From positions 1 to 57,608 of the forward strand of contig NW_021833593.1 in NCBI RefSeq assembly GCF_006345805.1: a stretch of DNA of 57,608 nt. The letters run 5' to 3'. Below the pieces are notes generated by a model. That model saw nothing but the letters and a program-made list of their open reading frames with translations. It was not told the DNA's origin and did not search any database. Shown piece after piece: positions 51,998 to 57,608 of the stretch. The first letter of the stretch is position 1. Each line of letters starts with the position of its first letter. The position numbers and the translations under genes were made by a program. Source of the DNA: Octopus sinensis. Taxonomy: Eukaryota.

Positions 51998-52181
51998 ATA
52001 TATATATATAGGTGAGAAAGTTGGTGTGTGAAAGCACGTGGTTGAATATATAGAAAATAGTAAAAAGTGAAAAAACTACAGAAGGCTTGTTTTAAAAGGT
52101 TAAAAAATATATATTTGCGTCATTATGTCAGAAGAATGTTATAAATTTTTTTCATACATATATATATATATATATATATTC

Positions 52182-52212
<31 letters not shown>

Positions 52213-52269
52213 TATTCATATATATATATATTATATATTTTATATCATAAATATATATATAAATATATC

Positions 52270-52505
52270 TATATATTATATATATAGTAATTATAACAAA
52301 AGGTTTATTGCAACAAGTTGCTGAAACCACATACCGAAAATATTAGAAATAGCAGCCAAATGGGCTACTGTTACTATAACTACAAAAATAAGTCTCCACT
52401 GTTTTTTGTAGTAATAGTAATAGTAGCCCATTTGGCTGCTATTTCTAATATTTTCGGTATGTGATTTAAGCAACTTGTTGCAAAAAACCCTTGTTATTAT
52501 AATTA
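52270..52505. repeat. Foldback element
   Basis: ~110-bp inverted arms around an ~11-nt spacer; related sequence at ~26900-26980. Confidence 0.75.
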
Positions 52506-52636
52506 TATAATTTTTACCGAATATGGTCCTTTTCCATACCGAAATACTACTAGGTGAAATTTGTTGATTTTATTAAATTAATTATATTTCACCCTTTATA
52601 TATATATAATATATGTATATAATATATATATGTATA

Positions 52637-52687
<51 letters not shown>

Positions 52688-52966
52688 TCATACATACATA
52701 CATATAGATACATACAACATACATACATACATACCTATATATATGTATATATATTATATATATATATATTATATATATTATATATACAATACACGTATGT
52801 ATATCTATAGATATTCATGTTATATATATAAACAAATATATATGTATATATACATGTGTATATATATTTATATGCATATATATATGTATATACTTATATA
52901 TGTATATGAATATACACATATATGTATATATGAAAATTATATGCCATATATGATATATATGTGTTT

Positions 52967-53010
<44 letters not shown>

Positions 53011-53080
53011 AGATACACTACATACATACATATATTTATATACATACATACCTACATACATACATACATATATATATATA

Positions 53081-53126
<46 letters not shown>

Positions 53127-53193
53127 CTATGTACACATCTATATATAAGATATCTGTCTATGTCTCTCTCTCCTCTCTATCTATCTCTCTCTC

Positions 53194-53225
<32 letters not shown>

Positions 53226-53257
53226 CTATATATATATATATATATATATATATGCAT

Positions 53258-53288
<31 letters not shown>

Positions 53289-53934
53289 CCTACATATATA
53301 TATACACATTCACACACGCATACACCCATAAAGACATAACCACCTCATATACCCTCCACACATGTAAGAGCTTATAAATGTCTGTTCATACATTAGTGCA
53401 GAGTCTATATAAAATGCGTGTGTATATAAACTGCCAAAAGATGCATAGAACAACAGCAGATCAATGTTAGTCATATCATCGGCCCTTACACAAATCATAG
53501 CAACGGCCCCCCATAATATTTATTTCTTGACTGCAAGCCACAACATACAGAGATCAGCATCTGGTCCCCTAGACTCATGAAGGCCCTGGGTAATGGCCCC
53601 GTGTGCCCATGCCCTAAAATGGTATGGATTAATGGACTGACTAATGAATAAACGTTTGTGATTATTCACATTAATCTGTGTGTTTGTGCGTGGAAGATTG
53701 CAAATGTATGTATGTATGTTTAACTGTGTATATCATATTGATTTTAAACTCTCTATATATAAATATAATATAATGAAATTATTGTATACAGTGCTCAGGT
53801 GCACCACAACTTGTCAGAAAGTGCATACAAAGTACATGCAGTAATGTAGAAATGTCTGGAAAGCGAACAATGTATGAGTCAGATACATACTTCTCTGGCA
53901 CAAGGCTAGTAAATTCAAGGTAACGGGCTAGGTG

Positions 53935-54090
53935 ATTACATCGACCCCAGTATGCAACCGGTACTTATTTTATGAAGGATGAAAGGCAATGTCGACCTCG
54001 GAGGAATTTAAACTCAGAACGTAAAGACAGATGAAATACAGCTAAGCATTTCACCTGGCTTGCTAACATCTCTGCCAGCTCGCCGCCAAT
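53935..54090 (-). mobile_element. Diverged SINE family B copy
   Basis: Matches the family B head and body. Confidence 0.7.
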
Positions 54091-54364
54091 ATGCACATAA
54101 TATCAATACATGAATATACATGTTTTTTTTTATGTGTGTTTCCATGTGAATGTGTATAGATTATGTGTGTGTATGTAACATATTACTGCTAAACATCACA
54201 ATCGACAGAAAGATGATTCTTATAGTAGGGCTTACCTTCTTTAGAGACACCGAAAAAGCTTCTGGTGCCAGCTGGCAGTAAGGCCAGCGCTTGACTAAAA
54301 GATAGTCGAGAGGTTTATATATATTTGGTTATGTAAACAAGCATATGCATACATACATAAATAC

Positions 54365-54420
<56 letters not shown>

Positions 54421-54456
54421 ATATATTTGTGGTGTGTGTGTAATATATATTATATG

Positions 54457-54532
<76 letters not shown>

Positions 54533-54760
54533 GCACACCACACATGCACACACACGTATATTGGCACAGACATATCCACTCACATGTACACAAAACACGC
54601 AGATACTGATGCCAACACCACACCACATGCACACACATTTACACATGCATACATACATACACACACACACACACAGAGAAACACAATACACACATACACA
54701 ATGAAAGTTTGGTTTCTGACTGGTTGTGAATGGCATGGCGTGATGTGAGAACGAGGGAGG

Positions 54761-54807
<47 letters not shown>

Positions 54808-56326
54808 ACAGACAGACAGAAGGAGGGAGAATGAGAGAGAGAGGAGAAGGGAGAGTAGGAGAAAAGAATGAAAGATAAATTTTGTAAATAGATATGCATG
54901 TGTGTATGTGTGTGTGTATGTGTGTGTGTATGTGTATGTGTGTGTATTTGTGTAATATGTTCGTGTGTATGTGTGTGTGTTTTTTTTGTGTATGTTGTGT
55001 GGTGTATGTGTGTGTAATGGTATGTGTGTGTATTTGTGTATGTGTTCGTGTGTATGTGGGTGTGTATGTGTGTGTGTATGTGTGGTGTATGTATGTGGTG
55101 TTTGTGTATGTGTTCGTGTGTATGTGTGTGTGTATGTGTGTGTGTGTATGTGTGTGTGTATGTGTATGTGTGTGTATTTGTGTATGTGTTCGTGTGTATG
55201 TGTGTGTGTATGTGTGTGTGTGTATGTGTGTGTGTATGTGTATGTGTGTGTATTTATGTATGTGTTCGTGTGTATGTGTGTGTGTATGTGTATGTGTGTA
55301 TGTGTGTGTGTATGTGTATGTGTGTGTATTTGTGTATGTGTTCGTGTGTATGTGTGTGTGTATGTGTGTGTGTGTATGTGTGTGTGTACGTGTGTGTGTG
55401 TGTGTATATGTGTGAGAGAGAGAGAGTGCATAGCTAGGTATATATATTCATATATATATATATATGATAGCTCCAACCACTCATATGCGTATGTATGTAT
55501 ATTTGTATACATAATTACATGCATACATGCATAATATGAATATGTGTGTGTGTCAGTGGGAGCGCTTGAATGTATATCATATATATACATATATATACAT
55601 ACATATATATAATATATATATATAATATATATATATATTATATATATATATATATATAATATATATAATATTTAAAATATATATTATATAGCTATATACA
55701 TGTATAAACACTATACATACACACTCCAGATATATATATATATATATACATACACATATACATTTATACATATATATATATACATATATATACATATACA
55801 TATATACGTGTTTTTCCACCTGCCTTCGTCTCTTTTGTTATTTCATAAGCTTCCCGTTATATATTCATATCTTGTATACTTACACTCATACATCCTACAA
55901 TTACATACATATGGGTATAAATATATGTATGTGTGTTATATATATATATATATATTAGGTATATATATATATATTAATAAGATATATATGTGTATGTGTG
56001 TATGTTCTTATGCATATGCTCGTATCTGCATCAACACCACCCCCTCCCCAATAACCCCCCCCCCAGCATAATCCCCGCCCCTATTCCATTACAACAATTC
56101 ACCCAATGACCTTTAAACTACTGTTTATATTTGTTTCTAGGCCAAAGCCCTGGGTCAAAGTGTCTTATTTTGTTGAATTTATTTTAATTCATTTCATCAT
56201 TTGTTCAAGGTTTAGCAGTAGTCTGGTGTGATATCAGCTTAATTTACATATTGAAATTATGTATATACACACTTGTATACACGCAGGAGCATATGTCCAT
56301 CCATCCATCCATCCATCCATCCATCC

Positions 56327-56359
<33 letters not shown>

Positions 56360-56484
56360 CCTATCTATCTATCTATCAATGTATCTATCTATCTATCTAT
56401 CTCTATCTATCTATCTATCTATCTACCCATCTATCTATCTATCTATCTATCTATCTACCCATCTATCTATCTATCTATCTACCC

Positions 56485-56529
<45 letters not shown>

Positions 56530-56532
56530 CCC

Positions 56533-56587
<55 letters not shown>

Positions 56588-56624
56588 CATCCATCCATCC
56601 ATCCATCTATCCATCCATCCATCC

Positions 56625-56668
<44 letters not shown>

Positions 56669-56959
56669 GTGATACATGATCCCTATTGATTGTTTTCTTT
56701 TCCTCTTCCCCTTTTTTTCCTCTCTTTTCTTCTTTTTTATTTTTCTTTTCCTTTGTTCCTTTTCCCTTTTTTCTTTTTTTCTTTTCCTTTTTTTTGTTTT
56801 TTTTTCCCTTTTACGATCCCTTTTGATCGAAAACCTACGCCACCCTTTTTTCTTTCATCCCCTAAAAGAAAAGCTCTACCTTGTAACTTGTTCCCATCTT
56901 GTGCAGCCTTGTGTGGCCAATAAAGAAATTTATCTATCTATCTATCTATCTATCTACCC

Positions 56960-57013
<54 letters not shown>

Positions 57014-57039
57014 TAAAGGGTAAAATTAATTACTCATTT

Positions 57040-57608
57040 TTAATTGTTTCAGTCATTTGACTCCGTCCATGCTGGAGCACCGCCTTTAGTCAAGCAAATC
57101 GACCCCAAGACTTAGTCTTTGTAAGCCCAGTACTTATTCTATCGGTCTCTTTTGCCAAACTGCTAAGTGACGGGGACATGAACACACCAGCATCGGTTGT
57201 CAGGCAATTTTGGGAGGACAAACACACACACAATATATATACATATCATACACGACAGGCTTCTTTCAGTTTCCGTCTACCAAATCCACTCACAAGGCTT
57301 TGGTCGGCCCGAGGCTATAGTAGAAGGACACTTGCCCAAAATGCCACGCAGTGGGACTGAACCCAGAACCATGTTGTTGGTAAGCAAGCTTCTTACCACA
57401 CAGCCACTCCTGCTTTAATTTAATTAATAATTTTACCAGGCGCAGGTGTTGGCTGTGTGGTAAGCAGCTTGCTAACCAACCACATGGTTCCGGGTCAGTC
57501 CCTGCTTGGTCATCTTGGCAAGTGTCTTCTGCTATAGCCCCGGGCCGACCAATGCCTTGTGAGTGGATTTGGTAGACGGAAACTGAAAAAGCCTTGTCGT
57601 ATATAGTA
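57040..57608. mobile_element. Two divergent head-to-head SINE A copies
   Basis: Minus copy 57040-57412 and plus copy 57439 to the window end; the latter lacks several single bases relative to the other copies. Confidence 0.8.

Overview
Eukaryotic, microsatellite- and SINE-dense genomic DNA; the repeat landscape looks like octopus (my inference, no search run). It holds two convergent spliced genes. (1) + strand, 2171-19677: the last seven exons of a receptor-type protein tyrosine phosphatase. They encode a degenerate D2 domain (catalytic Cys is Ser) and an unusual ~856-aa low-complexity C-terminal tail. (2) - strand, 49826-44204: a selenoprotein P (SELENOP) gene that the ORF track hides because its frame is full of TGA codons. 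By hand translation it has a signal-like segment, a thioredoxin-like SelP N-domain with a UxxU motif instead of UxxC, a His-rich linker, and a C-terminal domain built from 75-bp tandem repeats carrying U-Q-U motifs. I count 50 in-frame TGA in ~1076 codons, provided one frame break at 45364-45601 is bridged. A canonical form-2 SECIS lies at 42700-42788. The rest is tRNA-head SINEs, mariner and Helitron derivatives, LINE 3' fragments, Penelope-like ends with hammerhead-like motifs, satellites and microsatellites.
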